Shown here: piece after piece, positions 24,323 to 37,070 of the stretch | Layout: the number at the start of each line of letters is the position of its first letter | How positions within the stretch are numbered: the first letter of the stretch is position 1 | Source: Octopus sinensis | Taxonomy: Eukaryota | Reading direction: 5' to 3' | DNA: 64,000 nucleotides | Assembly: GCF_006345805.1 (NCBI RefSeq) | Contig: NC_042998.1 | Span: forward strand, 85,622,001-85,686,000 | The notes under the pieces: model-generated | The model's input: the letters and a program-made list of their open reading frames with translations, nothing else | Databases searched by the model: none | What the model was told of the DNA's origin: nothing | Program-made: the position numbers and the translations under genes

Positions 24323-27300
24323 GCGACACTGGTGTAGGCTACAGCTGTGATACAGTTAAGCTATTGGAGAATTACAAGTAATGGTACAAGTTCAGTCCTT
24401 GTTAGAGTAATCATAGAGTATCTAAGTGAAATCTATAACTCAGCAGACAATAAAAGGAACCATATCCAATAGTAGACATTAAAGGCAATTTTCTCTTTCT
24501 ATTATAGAAACAAGGCCTAAAATTTGGGGGAGTGGGCTATCCAATTTCATTGAATCTAGTGCTCAAATGCTACTTTATCCACCCTTAAAGGATGAAAAAG
24601 TCAATCTCAGCAGAATTTGACCTCAGAATGCAACAGGCAAATGAAATCCAATAAACATTTTGTCCAACAAGCTAACAATTCTAACTTGCCACCTTATGAA
24701 GTCATCCATAATTGCCCCAAAAGTTCTAAGGTAAATATTTAAATTTAGAAGGAAAAAAAAAACTATGTAAATCATTCTAATAATATAAATAGGAAAATTA
24801 CATATTTACTTATTTTTAAAAGACTTACTGCTCATATTTTACATTGGGCTTGTTCAAGAAAGAACAACTCACAACTGCAAATATCTTGAGGTTTGAAAGA
24901 TAGAATGAAATGTAACATACCTAATGGATTGATCATTTTTAATTTAGCTAATATTTTATTTATCTAAATCATATTTAGTTCAAATTGAATTTGATTAGGA
25001 AACTAAAATAAATCATACATTTTTCTTGATCGTTACCTGTGTCGTCTTACTGGCACATGAAAAACATTCGAGTGAGGTTGTTGCCAGTACTCCTGTGCAG
25101 GTGGCACATAAAAAACACCACTTGAACGCGACTGTTGCCAGTACCGCTGGTGGCACGTAAAAGCACCCACTATACTCTCGGAGTAGTTGGCATTAGGAAG
25201 GGCATCCAGCTGTAGAAACTCTGCCAGATCAGACTGGAGCCTGGTACAGCCATCTGGCTCGCCAGTTCACAGTCAAACTGTCCAACCCATGCCAGCATGG
25301 AAAGCAGACGTTAAACAATGGTGATGATGATGATTTCTTCTGAAGAGGCTGAAAGCCAGTTTCAATAGATAATGGGCTGAAGTTCAATTGCGATTTAACT
25401 GGCCCTAGAAGGGTTCAAATCAATTTGAACCCAAATGAATGAAGTATTCAACTAGTTACAGTACAGCATTTACTTTAGTACTCTTCACTGCAACTGCAAA
25501 TTACTTTGCAAATGTGAAGTTACTGTCTGTCTGTATGTATGTATATGTGTGTGTTATCCTTGATGGCTGGTGAAGGGCGAAATAATTCAATGGTGAACCA
25601 TTGTTTACTGCAATCATTTACATAAATACATCTGTTTTTCCATTATTTGGATATATAGATACAGTTAGCAGTGGCTGAATTATTAACTTGTTATACTCTT
25701 ATAGTTAGAAGTTAGGTGTTCCAACTCTGATATAACCTATAAGCACATCTAAATTAAAAATTAAGTTATCAGTACCAGAAAATGGTGTTGCTGAATACTT
25801 CCAATCAGTATCACATCTGTCACAATAATAATACATAATAATCCAGTGAGTAACCTACAGTTACTGCACATTTCAGTTCTGCTTTGTGGAACTATATATC
25901 ACAGTCATGCTGTGTTAGAGTCAATGAACTACAATGATAATGGAAGAAATATTCCATCATATTGGATATCCAGCAGTTTTTATAGTAGTAAGAGAGATGT
26001 CCAAGGAAGATTTACACATTGTGTGCATCACAAAATATATCTACAGTGGAGAAAGACAGCTAAACAATAAAGCAAATCTAAACATTCCCAATTCAAATAA
26101 CTAAATTTGAAACCATGTCCAGCTCATTATCAGAATGAGATGCATAGAAGAAAGTCATTTATTATATGTAAAACTCATTGTTCTTAAAATATATATTAAA
26201 ACTGGATAATTAGAAAAAAAAATTAGATCTACTTCTAATCATTTCAATTCATTTACTGAATTTTCCAGTTTTAATGTTAAACCATGAATGATAGTTGCAA
26301 ATTTAGAATTTTGCAATATTGTAAACAATTATCCCTTTATTTTGAAAAATGGAACCACTCGCCCTTAAATTATTATATGCATTCCTATAACTAAACTTGT
26401 TCCGACAATATTTAATAGCATTCTGCCAAATATCTTCAAACCTTTCAGCAAATGCCCTCATTTCTTATAAGATCATTGAATGTATAAACATATTGAACTA
26501 CTAACAAGTCTAAATCTGCAGTTTAAGACTGGGTTCCTCCTACTACACCCACCCCCATCATCCTTACCACTGGCCTCTCTTTCACACTACTTTGTCTTCT
26601 CTCTTACCACTTTCATATAACAATAAATCTGTTCTTCCTATCATACTTTAACTTCTCTCAAAACCTTGCCTAAAGTTATCACTCTCTATTATCTGCTAGG
26701 CCTTGCAAGTTACAAAGTGACCTCACTACTGCTGGCACCACAATAAGTACTCAGCACAGTTAAGTGGTTGTGAATCAAGCAAAGACAATGCAGTCTTACC
26801 AAAGGCAAATCAACTTTTATAGTGCTGGTGTCATGAAATAAAAGCACCAATTACTTTATAAAGTGGATGGTGATAGGAAGGACATCCAGCCACTGAAACC
26901 AGGCAAAAACTGAGACATTAAAGCTAGATGTGGTTCTCCAATCCATCAAATTCTCTTGAATCATCTAATGGAAAGCAAATGTCAAATGATGATAATACCA
27001 TATCTTCAAGGGGTTGGCCAATCATAAGATCTAGCATCCAGATGAGATACTAATGCTACAAAAATCTGAGTTACGTACTAGATATATAGATCCTTGAGAT
27101 AAGAATTATTTTTCTAAATGTTGAATGGATTAACAAGAAATACTTTTTATAACTACTAGCAATGAAATAAACTAAGGTAGAGTTTGTCAATGATATTTCA
27201 ATTTAACTTAAACTGAAGCATGATAATCTAAAGTTTTACAATGAGCATAGAGTGTTTGAACATCTAAATATCTTATCATCCAGCTGATAAAAATGGTTCA

Positions 27301-28024
27301 AATGCCTGTTAGTCTTCCTTGCCTTGTTCTTTACTTATCATTCCTGCACTATAATTATCACAATTCACATACTCTCAAAGTTCAAGTAAGAAAACAATCC
27401 TTAAAATTTTTTTATGAAATTATATTTAAGATTAAAGGCCTCGCAAAAGAAATTTAATGTCATGTATTCCTAAATTTGCTTCACTTTAAATTTATTTCTT
27501 AGACTGAATTTTTCATGAACTATATTTATGCAAATTAATTAGTCACATGCAATGGTTCAATTTTGATTTCTTACTTTAGTCAAATATTATTAATACTTAA
27601 ATCTTAATTACTTAAAGCAATGATAGGGGTGAGGGATCATTCAGATAGATGTGAATAATAACAAGGGCTCCAAATTTCACAACAATTATCCTTCTTATAT
27701 TTCGTGCAACTTCTAAGAATAGAAAGTGTTTAATCTCTCACTACAATGATAACTAAATCCAAAATAATGGTAACAAATTAAACATTGCAAACAATCAAAA
27801 ATTGTCCATTACACTAAATTATACAAGCATATGATTATGCAGTTCTCAATATGAAAGAAAAGAAAATCACTGTTGCTGCACATTAATTTCCTTTTTCTGT
27901 ACACAAAGCCTCTGATTTATCACTGGTTTCAAGATGAAATGTTTTCTTCCATCAGAATAATGCTTGGCCATGTACAGCAAGGATGACATTCCAAAGACTG
28001 GAGCAGTTTGAATTGGAAACGATG

Positions 28025-28339
28025 CCCGACCCACTATATTCACTGAACATTGCTCCATCTGATTATCATTTATTCCACAGTCTTCAAAATCACTTGGACA
28101 GAAAAGATAATGAATTCTGTAGATAAGATCAAAACAGTACTGGATGAGTATTTTTCGTCACAGACAAGTGAATTTTGGAAGACGAGCCTTGCAAGTCTAC
28201 TAGATAGGTGGAAGAACATTGTAGAAAATGAAGGAGAGTATATTTTAGATTTGAAAAAAAAAAAAAAGCATTTTAAACTATCTTAATTTTGAAAAATAAA
28301 AGTATAAAAAAACTGCATTATTTATGGGAGGACCAAATA
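28025..28339 (+). mobile_element. Mariner 3' fragment with TIR
   Basis: PLYSLNIAPSDYHLFHSLQNHL...RWKNIVENEGEYILD*, then TTATTTATGGGAGGACCAAATA. Confidence 0.75.
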
Positions 28340-28650
28340 TTTTTCTGAAAAGAAACATTCTTTCACAAACATTACAATTAGCAATTGGTTTACTGCTTAA
28401 ACAGTAACCTGTTCTATTCTACTAAAAAACACAAACCGCTTCATAACCCCAATTCCTCAAATGCATTTATTTGCAATACTTTATATTTTCAAAGCATCAG
28501 TTAAACTGATCATCGACCATACTGAATGCATTCAATTAGGTTTAACCTCCAGTCAAAGAAGGTTTAGTAAAGGTAAGGAGATAGTTCTTTCTCATCAAAT
28601 TTACAAATAAAATCAACAGAACATTGGAAAAAGTAAAAAGTGAACATTAC

Positions 28651-28784
28651 CTGGAAAAATCCTACAACAACAACAGCTTCTTTATTAACAAGAGCTTTGG
28701 CCTCACTAACAGAATTTAGTGTAACAGCAGGAGGACCAGTCTTTTTTTTAATCCAAGCTACCATATCACCAGCAGTACGTCCCT
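28651..28784 (-). CDS. P4HB: PDI exon 3 (EGRTAGDMVAWIKKKTGPPA...VVGFFQ)
   Basis: TTTCAG acceptor, WIKKKTGP linker, donor CAG|GTAATG. Confidence 0.93.
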
Positions 28785-30193
28785 CTGAAAATTAAATTTA
28801 ATACATTAAAACAAGGTATTTTATAATACATATTTTAAAATACTGTTTCGGGAAGTCAGATGAGCAACTTTCCAAGAAAGCAAGGATCATGGGGTTTCTA
28901 ATTTTATAGTTTTAATGTCTTTTTGTGATAGATAAAGTATCAAAGATTCAATCTTTAAATTAAATATAAACTGAGGACTAGTTAAGAATCAAAAATGCCA
29001 GTCAATTATTGATATTAAAAGAAAACAAAATGATCTTCTGTTTGCTATAGTAAAAAGTAATAATTGCTCAGAATTAATATTAATGACTTAACATTTGCAA
29101 GTTGTATAAATTTGCCAAATTGCACCTCACTAAATAGTTATAATTTCTTTGATAGCAATAACACCAACTAAGTTATGCTCCAGGTGAACAGGTTTATCAC
29201 CAAAAATACTGAAGTGATCTAGATGATGGTTTGTGATTTGAGGGAAGATTTTACAATTTCTAAGGAACAGAGCAACTATATACAGGTTCCCTTCTCAGTT
29301 GACCTCAAATACATAGAATGCAGATGAGCTTCAAACAAAATCAAGTCAACACTTCACTTACATTGATAGTATCCTTAGAAATGGCATGCACATAAAAATT
29401 TTCTTTCTTCCCCTACTAATAAATCAGAGGGTTTGTGTACAGAAAAAGAAAATCAATGTGAAGTAAAGTTTCTGAACATTCAAGTTTATTTAAAATGTCA
29501 CAAGTTCAAATACTGTGACTGGTATTGTATCATATTGTGATAACTAAGACCATCTGTTGTTACTTCAGAGAGGCCTGCCTTAAAAGGTTACCGCAATTGT
29601 TGTACAGTAAAATGGTGGTTAATATTCTTAAAAGGACTCAACTATAAATAAACTGCTTCAAAAAATTAATGTAAGAAGCTAACTTATGAATGTTTAAGAT
29701 TTCAAACAGCAATGTAAAAGAAATTACAATTTTAAAAAAATAGGAAGGAAAATGAAGAGTCACAAAACTATCATTGTTTTGAATATGTCACATAACCTTT
29801 ACGAAATGACTGGATTGATCGTTAGTCCACCATATTTAGGCTAGACAAGAATATCTTTTACAAGAACATTTTCTTTGTCTACTGACATTCAGATTTTTTT
29901 TTATTAAAATTTTAAACTTATTCTTTTTTAATCTAATAAAAAAATGGGTTTCATCTTTAGTGGAGAAACTTTCAAAGGCTGCTGACAGTCTTTAAAGAAT
30001 TAAATTTATAAAACTATTGTGGTTAGTACTAACAGAGTTAAAAAAAAAAATTTTTTTAACTATAAATGCCTTTTGAAGTATTAAGGTCAGAATGTTCAGG
30101 CTAGGTATTTGTTGCATGTCTCACCAGTTTGGGAAGACATGGACACTGCCTCTCCCCCAATCCATGGACTAAATCATCATCATCATCATCATC

Positions 30194-30410
30194 AAGGCAG
30201 TAAGCTGACAGAATCACTAGCAATGCCAGGCAAAATGTCTTCAGCATTTCGTTTGTCTATGTTCAGAGTTCAAACTCTGCAGGTCCACTTTGCCTTTCAT
30301 CTTTCCAGGGTCAATAAAATTAATACCATCCAAGTACTCGAGTCGATGTAATCAACTATCCCATTCCCCCAAAATTGCTGGTCTTGTGCCAAAATTTGAA
30401 ACCATTATTA
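30194..30410 (+). mobile_element. SINE family C; other copies approx. 3530-3870, 8895-9110, 15900-16160, 24500-24700, 34325-34530, 41200-41625
   Basis: Recurrent GAGTTCAAAT...GACTTTGCCTTTCATC...GGGGTCRATAAAATAAGTAC...AAATTGCTGG.CTTGTGCC.AAATT.GAAAC. Confidence 0.8.
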
Positions 30411-31976
30411 TCATATTTTTTTTAATAGAAAAACGAAGTTTGTTATGCAATTGAAGCCATCTTATCTCACCTTATTGCTAATACTCTTAGCAAAAACCTT
30501 AACGTACCATTGAATAATATATTCCAAGATGCCACTAAAAGAGGCAGGATGGTCATGACTGGAAAACTATTGATCATTGGTTTACTCATTCAGGACTGAC
30601 TTGGTGCAAAACCTCAATCAATATTTTTGCTGATCAACCATCTTCTCAATTCATTTGTGCTTCAACTACACTCTATAAGCCATAGTCAGCTCATCACTTT
30701 CTAATGTACTAATCTTTTGCATTCTCTGCACAAGAGCATCATGGCTTGTACATATATATCATATAGTATGCCATTTATATGAACAGAGAAATAAATTAGG
30801 CCGAGAGAAAGCTTCTAAAATATAAATCTATATCTAAAAATGTCAAACAGCTACAAATCAAACTAACATCTATCGAATGTCAGTAAAAAAAAAACTTTCT
30901 TAATTTTTAACATTAACTCAATGATAGTTTTTTTTAGAGAACCCTAAAACGAAACAGACTCTGCTAATAGATATTTCGACCTAAGGCACAAGAGAAAACT
31001 GATCATTGCTGTGAAATAACTATATAATTAATTCTTATAGTCACACAATTTAACTATAAGGCCTCGCCAATGTTGTTGCATAGCATTAAGTAGTGCAGAC
31101 ATGACTAAATAGAGAGTTTGGTCTGTTGCTTGTGGTCTCAAGTTTTATCACATTGTGTGACACCTTGGGCAAGTGTCTTCAAACTTTGGCACAGAAACTT
31201 AAAGAAAACCTGCCGTGTGTATGTGTGTAAATATTAATGTCTATTTCTTCAAATAGGTCAAAATAGAACATTTAAAATGTTTTACAGATCTTAACTAATA
31301 ATTAGAGATCCTCCTCAATTGAGCACAGTCGATAAATATTAATGAAACCTATGAACAAAATCAGACCTACAGACTCTACATTGATTCACTCTTTTGTTTC
31401 AGTCATTGAGTGTGGCCATGCTGGAGCACCGCCTTTAGTCAAGCAAATCAACTCCAGGACTTATTTTTGTAAGCCTAGTACTTATTCTATCAGTCTCTTA
31501 TGCCGAACTGCTAAGTTATGGGGACGTAAACACACCAACATCGGTTGTCAAGCAACGTTGGGGGGAGACAAACACAGACACACAAACATATACACACACA
31601 CATACATTTATGTATGTATATATATATATATATACATATATACAACGGGCTACTTTCAGTTTCTGTCTACCAAATCCACTCACAAGGCTTTGGTCAGCCC
31701 AAGACTATAGTAGAAGACACTTGCCCAAGGTTCCACTCAGTGGGACTGAACCTGGAACCATGTGGTTCGTAAGTAAGCTACTTACCACACATCCAGTATT
31801 TTTAAAATTTATTTTGCAACTTTGATATAGTCATACAGAACGATATCAAGTTTGTTTTGTCTATCATTCTAGCCTTCTTGTACATAATGTAATAATATTA
31901 GTTTTGCAACACCACTCTGCTTCATAGGAAGGTGGAAACAATGATTCTAAGGCAGTTGCTCTTATGATGGCTAATG

Positions 31977-32339
31977 TACCATATTTTTGGGTATATAAAG
32001 TGCACCCCAATTTTGGCAGGTATAATTTACGAAAAGAAAAAAAAAACTGCAGCTCACCCCAAATCCCCTAGCTGAATGACTCGCACCTTTTCGTGTATAG
32101 AAGCCATGAAATTTTACACTGATGCCCTTTTGTATGCTGTTATGGTAGGCTAAGTTACAATTTTTACCTTGATACTACCAAATACTATCCCTGACCTCCA
32201 TCATCACCAGTATTGTCCATCCTTAATAACACTAAACAAGTCTACCCAATGCTTGACCATCAGCATATAAGGCACAGAGTGACTTTTGTGGGGAATGTTT
32301 TTGAAAAAAGGTGCATCTTATATGCTAGAAAACATGGTA
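31977..32339. mobile_element. Degenerate pogo/Tigger-like MITE
   Basis: TACCATATTTTTGGGTATATAAAGTGCACC versus inverted TACCATGTTTTCTAGCATATAAGATGCACC; TA ends. Confidence 0.45.
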
Positions 32340-32735
32340 TTTCATACTTTGTCAAGATATCTCTGTGAGATGGAAGATAGAAGAAATTTCTGTGACTAAA
32401 TGTTTAACTTACAGAGAATAAACATGATCTTCTGTAAATGTGCTCATTAATTTTTCTCCTTCAAAAAGAGGATTCACTTAAGTCAGACAGTGGCTGTAGT
32501 ACTCATCTCATTATTTCCATTTCAATGCGGGTTCCTTTACTTGTTTCAGTCATTAGACTGAGGCTATGCTGGGGCACCACCTTGAAGGATTTTAATCAAA
32601 TGAATCAACTCCAGTACTTTTTAATTTTTTTAAGCCTGGTACCTATTCTATCAGTCTCTTTAGCTGAACTGCTAAGCTATGGGAACATAAACACACCAAC
32701 ACCAGTTGTCAAGTGGTAGTGTTGGGGACAAACAT

Positions 32736-32796
<61 letters not shown>

Positions 32797-32803
32797 ATGA
32801 TGT

Positions 32804-33050
32804 GGAGGCATGTGGCTTAGTGGTTAAGGTGTCAGCATCATGATCGTAAGATTGTGATTTCAATTCCTGGACTGGGCAACGTGTTGTGTTCTTGAGCAAA
32901 ACACTTCATTTCACATTGCTCCAGTCCACTCAGCTGGCAAAAATGAGTAACACTGCAATGGACTGGGGAACACATACGCCATTGAAACTGGGAAACCGGG
33001 CCCATGAGCTTGGCTAGGCTTTAAAAGGGTGCATTTATTATTTATTTAGT
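32804..33050 (+). mobile_element. tRNA-headed SINE; relatives at 59257-59592 (+) and 61915-62255 (-)
   Basis: TGGCTTAGTGG A-box, B-box-like motif, shared TTGAGCA...CTCCAGTYCACTCAGCT core. Confidence 0.75.
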
Positions 33051-33519
33051 AAATATGTGATTGTCCTTGTATACAGTCATCTCCCCTGCATCATTTTTAA
33101 GCCAAAGGTTCTTAACCTTGCAGGTATGTAGATGCCAGTGCAATATAAAAGAACTGCTGCTAGTGGTGTGTAAAAGCATCCAGTGCACTCTGTAAAGTGA
33201 TTGATGTTAGGAAGGACATCCAGTTGTAGAAACCATGCCAAAACAGACATGAAGCCTAGCAGCTCTTCCACTGGCCAGCTCCTGTCAAAGTGTACAACCC
33301 ATGTCAGCATGGAAAACAGATGTTAAATGATGATTTAATTCAACCTAGCTAGTTTCAAATATTCATAATTAGCATGGCTAATACATCATATACTGATTTT
33401 GCTAATATGTCAAGTTAAATGAATTAACTAACTCTTAGGTTTGTGTTCAGTTATATGAAGTTAACACAAGTACGTTAAATAGTTGCTACACAAATCCAAA
33501 TATTAGAAAAATGAAATAC

Positions 33520-33714
33520 CGGAATAGTCATATATTTTTCCTTCCTTGAAGAATTTGATAGTTGGGTAGCCTCGAACTTCATATTTCTCAGCCAAATCCA
33601 CTTCAATGGTAGCATCAACTTTCCCTAAATAACAGTTTTCATCATCTTTAAACTCTCCAGCTGCCTTTACATATTCAGGAGCAAGGGCTTTGCAATGCCC
33701 ACACCATGGAGCAT
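33520..33714 (-). CDS. P4HB: PDI exon 2 (first active site APWCGHCK...RGYPTIKFF)
   Basis: TTTAG acceptor, WCGHC, KVDAT and GYPT motifs, donor G|GTATTT, phase 1-1. Confidence 0.96.
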
Positions 33715-33938
33715 CTAAATGAAAAATTTTTATTATATTATGAATAGGTGAACACAATTCAATTCTGGAGATGCTGATATCTAAACGTGATCGTGGGAAT
33801 AATATGCACAGTACAAAGAAAAACATTAACATATTTGTGAAAATAGTGAAAGCATTACAACTGAAAATGAAAGAAATAAGAAATACAAAGAAGCAATTTT
33901 TAAATTCAATTTCTGCTAAATTTTAGGTAATAAGAATT

Positions 33939-34272
33939 GCAGAGGTATTGTTTTCAGTCATGTTTATTTGCTTGTGGACAAGATATCTCAAGAACTGGTG
34001 GATGGATTTGGATGAAACTTTCAAGTATATTTGGCCTTGTGACTGGCACAAACTGATTAGATTTGGGAATCCAGTACCAGACAAAGATTCTGGATTATTT
34101 TTCCTGTTTTTTTTTACTTAATTTTTGAGAGTGATCAGATTCATTTTTAGTATTCTCGTTTGTGAGAGCAGTCAAGTTTATTTCAGATATTCTTATTTTA
34201 AAAATCATCTCTGGCTAATCATTGAGAGGATGTTGGTGTTGCCTTGGCAGAGGTTTACACTCTCAGAGTGCT
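33939..34272 (+). mobile_element. Helentron-associated (HINE/DINE-like) non-autonomous element
   Basis: 3' CCTTGGCAGAGGT followed by the CACTCT-C-AGAGTG hairpin; GGATGGATTTGGATGAAACTTT core. Family assignment is from recalled HINE architecture. Confidence 0.45.
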
Positions 34273-34893
34273 CATTATAATTTTTTCTTGGTGCTTCTGA
34301 CTGCACATCATGTAAAATAGCTTTTTATGGCAACGAGCTGGCAGAGTTGTTGCTGTGCCAGACAACAATGCTTAGCAGCATTTCTTCCACTTTTATGTTC
34401 TGAGATCAAATACTGCTGGGGTTGACTTTGCCTTTAAGTGTCAAAATAAGTAATAATTAAGCACTGGGGTGGATGTAATTAACTTACTCCATGCCCCGAA
34501 ATTGCTAGTCTTTTACCAAAATTTAAAACTATTATGTCAAATGGCTTTAGATATCTCAAGAACTGGTAAATTATTTATTTATGGGATTAAAAACTGTCAA
34601 AAAGTCCATTTTATCTCCAATACTGGCATGTTAACATAAATCCATAAATCCAATAATTCCATACCAATTAAGTATACTAGCTCTGCTTGAAATTGCATCA
34701 ACTCCTGTTCATATAAAGGTATCTATTCAACTAGTTGCCCATTTTATGTGACCAAGAGGAAGAGCAATATATACAGCAAACAATGGAGTAGAAGTGACCA
34801 TCCTACTGTCTGTTCAGCTATATGGTAAGAACCAACCCATTTCTAAGTTACTTCAGGCTGTTAACCACTTTTCCATTACCACACTTAGCGAGA

Positions 34894-35601
34894 TATCCTT
34901 AAAATTACTTTGGAACTACCAAGAGTTTTTAGATGGGCATTCATGGTCATAGAGTTCCTTACTCCACAGAAATGGAGCCAATTTCCTTTGTCACTTTGAT
35001 GTGTTAGTGGTTAAGTAGCATCATCTTAATGACTATGAGTAGCATTACTGTACAAGGTACCACAAATACAGCCCTTACCCAACAGTGTTAATGGGGACAA
35101 TTTCAACAAGATATGATGCCTTTCCTTGTCTATAGCCGGACATCACATGTTCAACCTATAACAGTGAAATAGCAGATGCAGCTACCATATGCAGACATGA
35201 AGACCACATGTAGCTTCAATGATATGATTAAAACTTGGACTCTGCAATGTTCAACCGGTCTGGAGTGAGGCATTAGGATTTGATATTTGTGGTCTTCATG
35301 TCTGCATATGGTAGCTGCATTTGCTATTCCACTGTTATAGATTGAACATGTGATATCTGGCTATAGACAAGGAAAGGCATCATATCTGCTGAAATTGTCC
35401 CCATTAACACTGTTGGGTAAGGGCTGTATTTGTGGTACCTTGTACAGTAATGCTACTCATAGTCATTAAGCTGATGCTTCTTAACCACTAACACATCAAA
35501 GTGACAAAGGAAATTGGCTCCATTTCTGTTGGGTAAGGAACTCTATAACCATGAATACCCATCTAAAAACTCTTGGTAGTTCCAAAGCAATTTTAAGGAT
35601 A
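34894..35601. repeat. Long inverted repeat: arms 34894-35208 and 35288-35601, 79-nt spacer
   Basis: Arms compared by hand: about 14 differences in ~315 bp. Confidence 0.95.
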
Positions 35602-35869
35602 CTGGAATGGGTGGTGTATGACATCTAGCAGCCAGTCTTTTTCTCCAAATGTTCACATTCAGCAAAAACAGAGACAACACTTTTGAAAGAGAATAGCTAG
35701 CTACCTATCTTAGTAGGGAATAATTTCATTACAAGTTGGAGGGTCATTTTTTTTTATCTATAGACATGTTGACAAAGTATGTCCAGAAATCCAGATTTGA
35801 TTACCATTCAGTAAGAGAGAGATTCATCACTTCAACTATGTTTCTCAGTATACAACTGACAGCAGATAA

Positions 35870-37070
35870 GCCAAGAGGGATTAGCAAAGTAGTAACATCA
35901 TGAATTCTTTTGCAATCCTGTAAATACTAACATTGATTTTGATCAGACAGCAGCTGGTCATGTATGGAATTTGTCACTACTGACATTTTAGCAGGTGCTG
36001 CATCCTTCTCCAGCTAGATGGATTTGGCATGATGTCTCCATCAATCAAGTATATTTTGGGACAGTGTGCTATTGTGAAGTTTTTACTATGCTCCTTTGTT
36101 TGTCACACCCAGGCACCAACTTCATACAGAAGTCGATATTAACATAATTCATCTGAAGCAAAATGAACAAAAACTCTCAAGACTAAGCCAGAAACTGCAT
36201 CACTTGGCACTTTTGTTTCATCTCATGAGGTTTGAACACACAGACATCCATCTCTTGTGAATACTTCCTCTTTCATATAACATACTTAATGTCCACTTGT
36301 TTTTAACAGGTACACCAGAGAGTCTGAGGTGATCCCATTAGTTGACATTACAGCCAAGATGGTTACTAAAGCCTTGAAAGAGAACAAGATTTCCAGCTAC
36401 AGCACACCATTCAAGTCTAACTTCTTAAAAGAATTGACAATTGTTGGGCTGCAAGTGAACATATGCCACCACTTATACAGTAGCTATCAGTGGTGGAGCA
36501 TTTCCTTCATCAACTCAAGTTGACAATAAAGGCTTAAGCAGACTGCTTTAGTGGTATAAGTATCTTCTTTTTGTATTCCTTTGTATACACTCCAGAATGA
36601 AAGATTAGATATACCCCAGCCAAATTTCTCTATGGTAACATCATCAAATTACTAGGACTGCACTTAATAGATCTACTGCCAAAAACAGACACATCAAACT
36701 AAGTTTATAGACTATGAACACCTGAGCAGTGTGTTAGTAATTAGTACTTGACAATAGTAGACAACAGTACAAGACCTACTTCTCCAAATGTCTGCATGTT
36801 TTTGTTCACAGCAATACTGTCAAGAAAGCATACAAGATATGATTGTTCAAGGGTGTTGAGAAGAACTTCACAGAATATTTGGAGAACAATATGTCAACAG
36901 TACCTCAACTAAAGACTACTATTCTGATTCTTCCAGCAACCACCGATGTGCTAGTATCGCAATATACTACCAATAGGCCAGTTCTTTCTCTCAGTGACCA
37001 GAAAAAGACAACACACCCAATGAAAAGTCAATTTGTGAAGGGCTGGCTATTGGCCATATTTCCTCAGATT
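35870..37070 (+). pseudogene. Decayed Ty3/gypsy-type integrase region
   Basis: Broken matches to SLGTF..(R)FEH, IPLVDITAKMV and VEHF.HQLK. Boundaries approximate. Confidence 0.5.
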
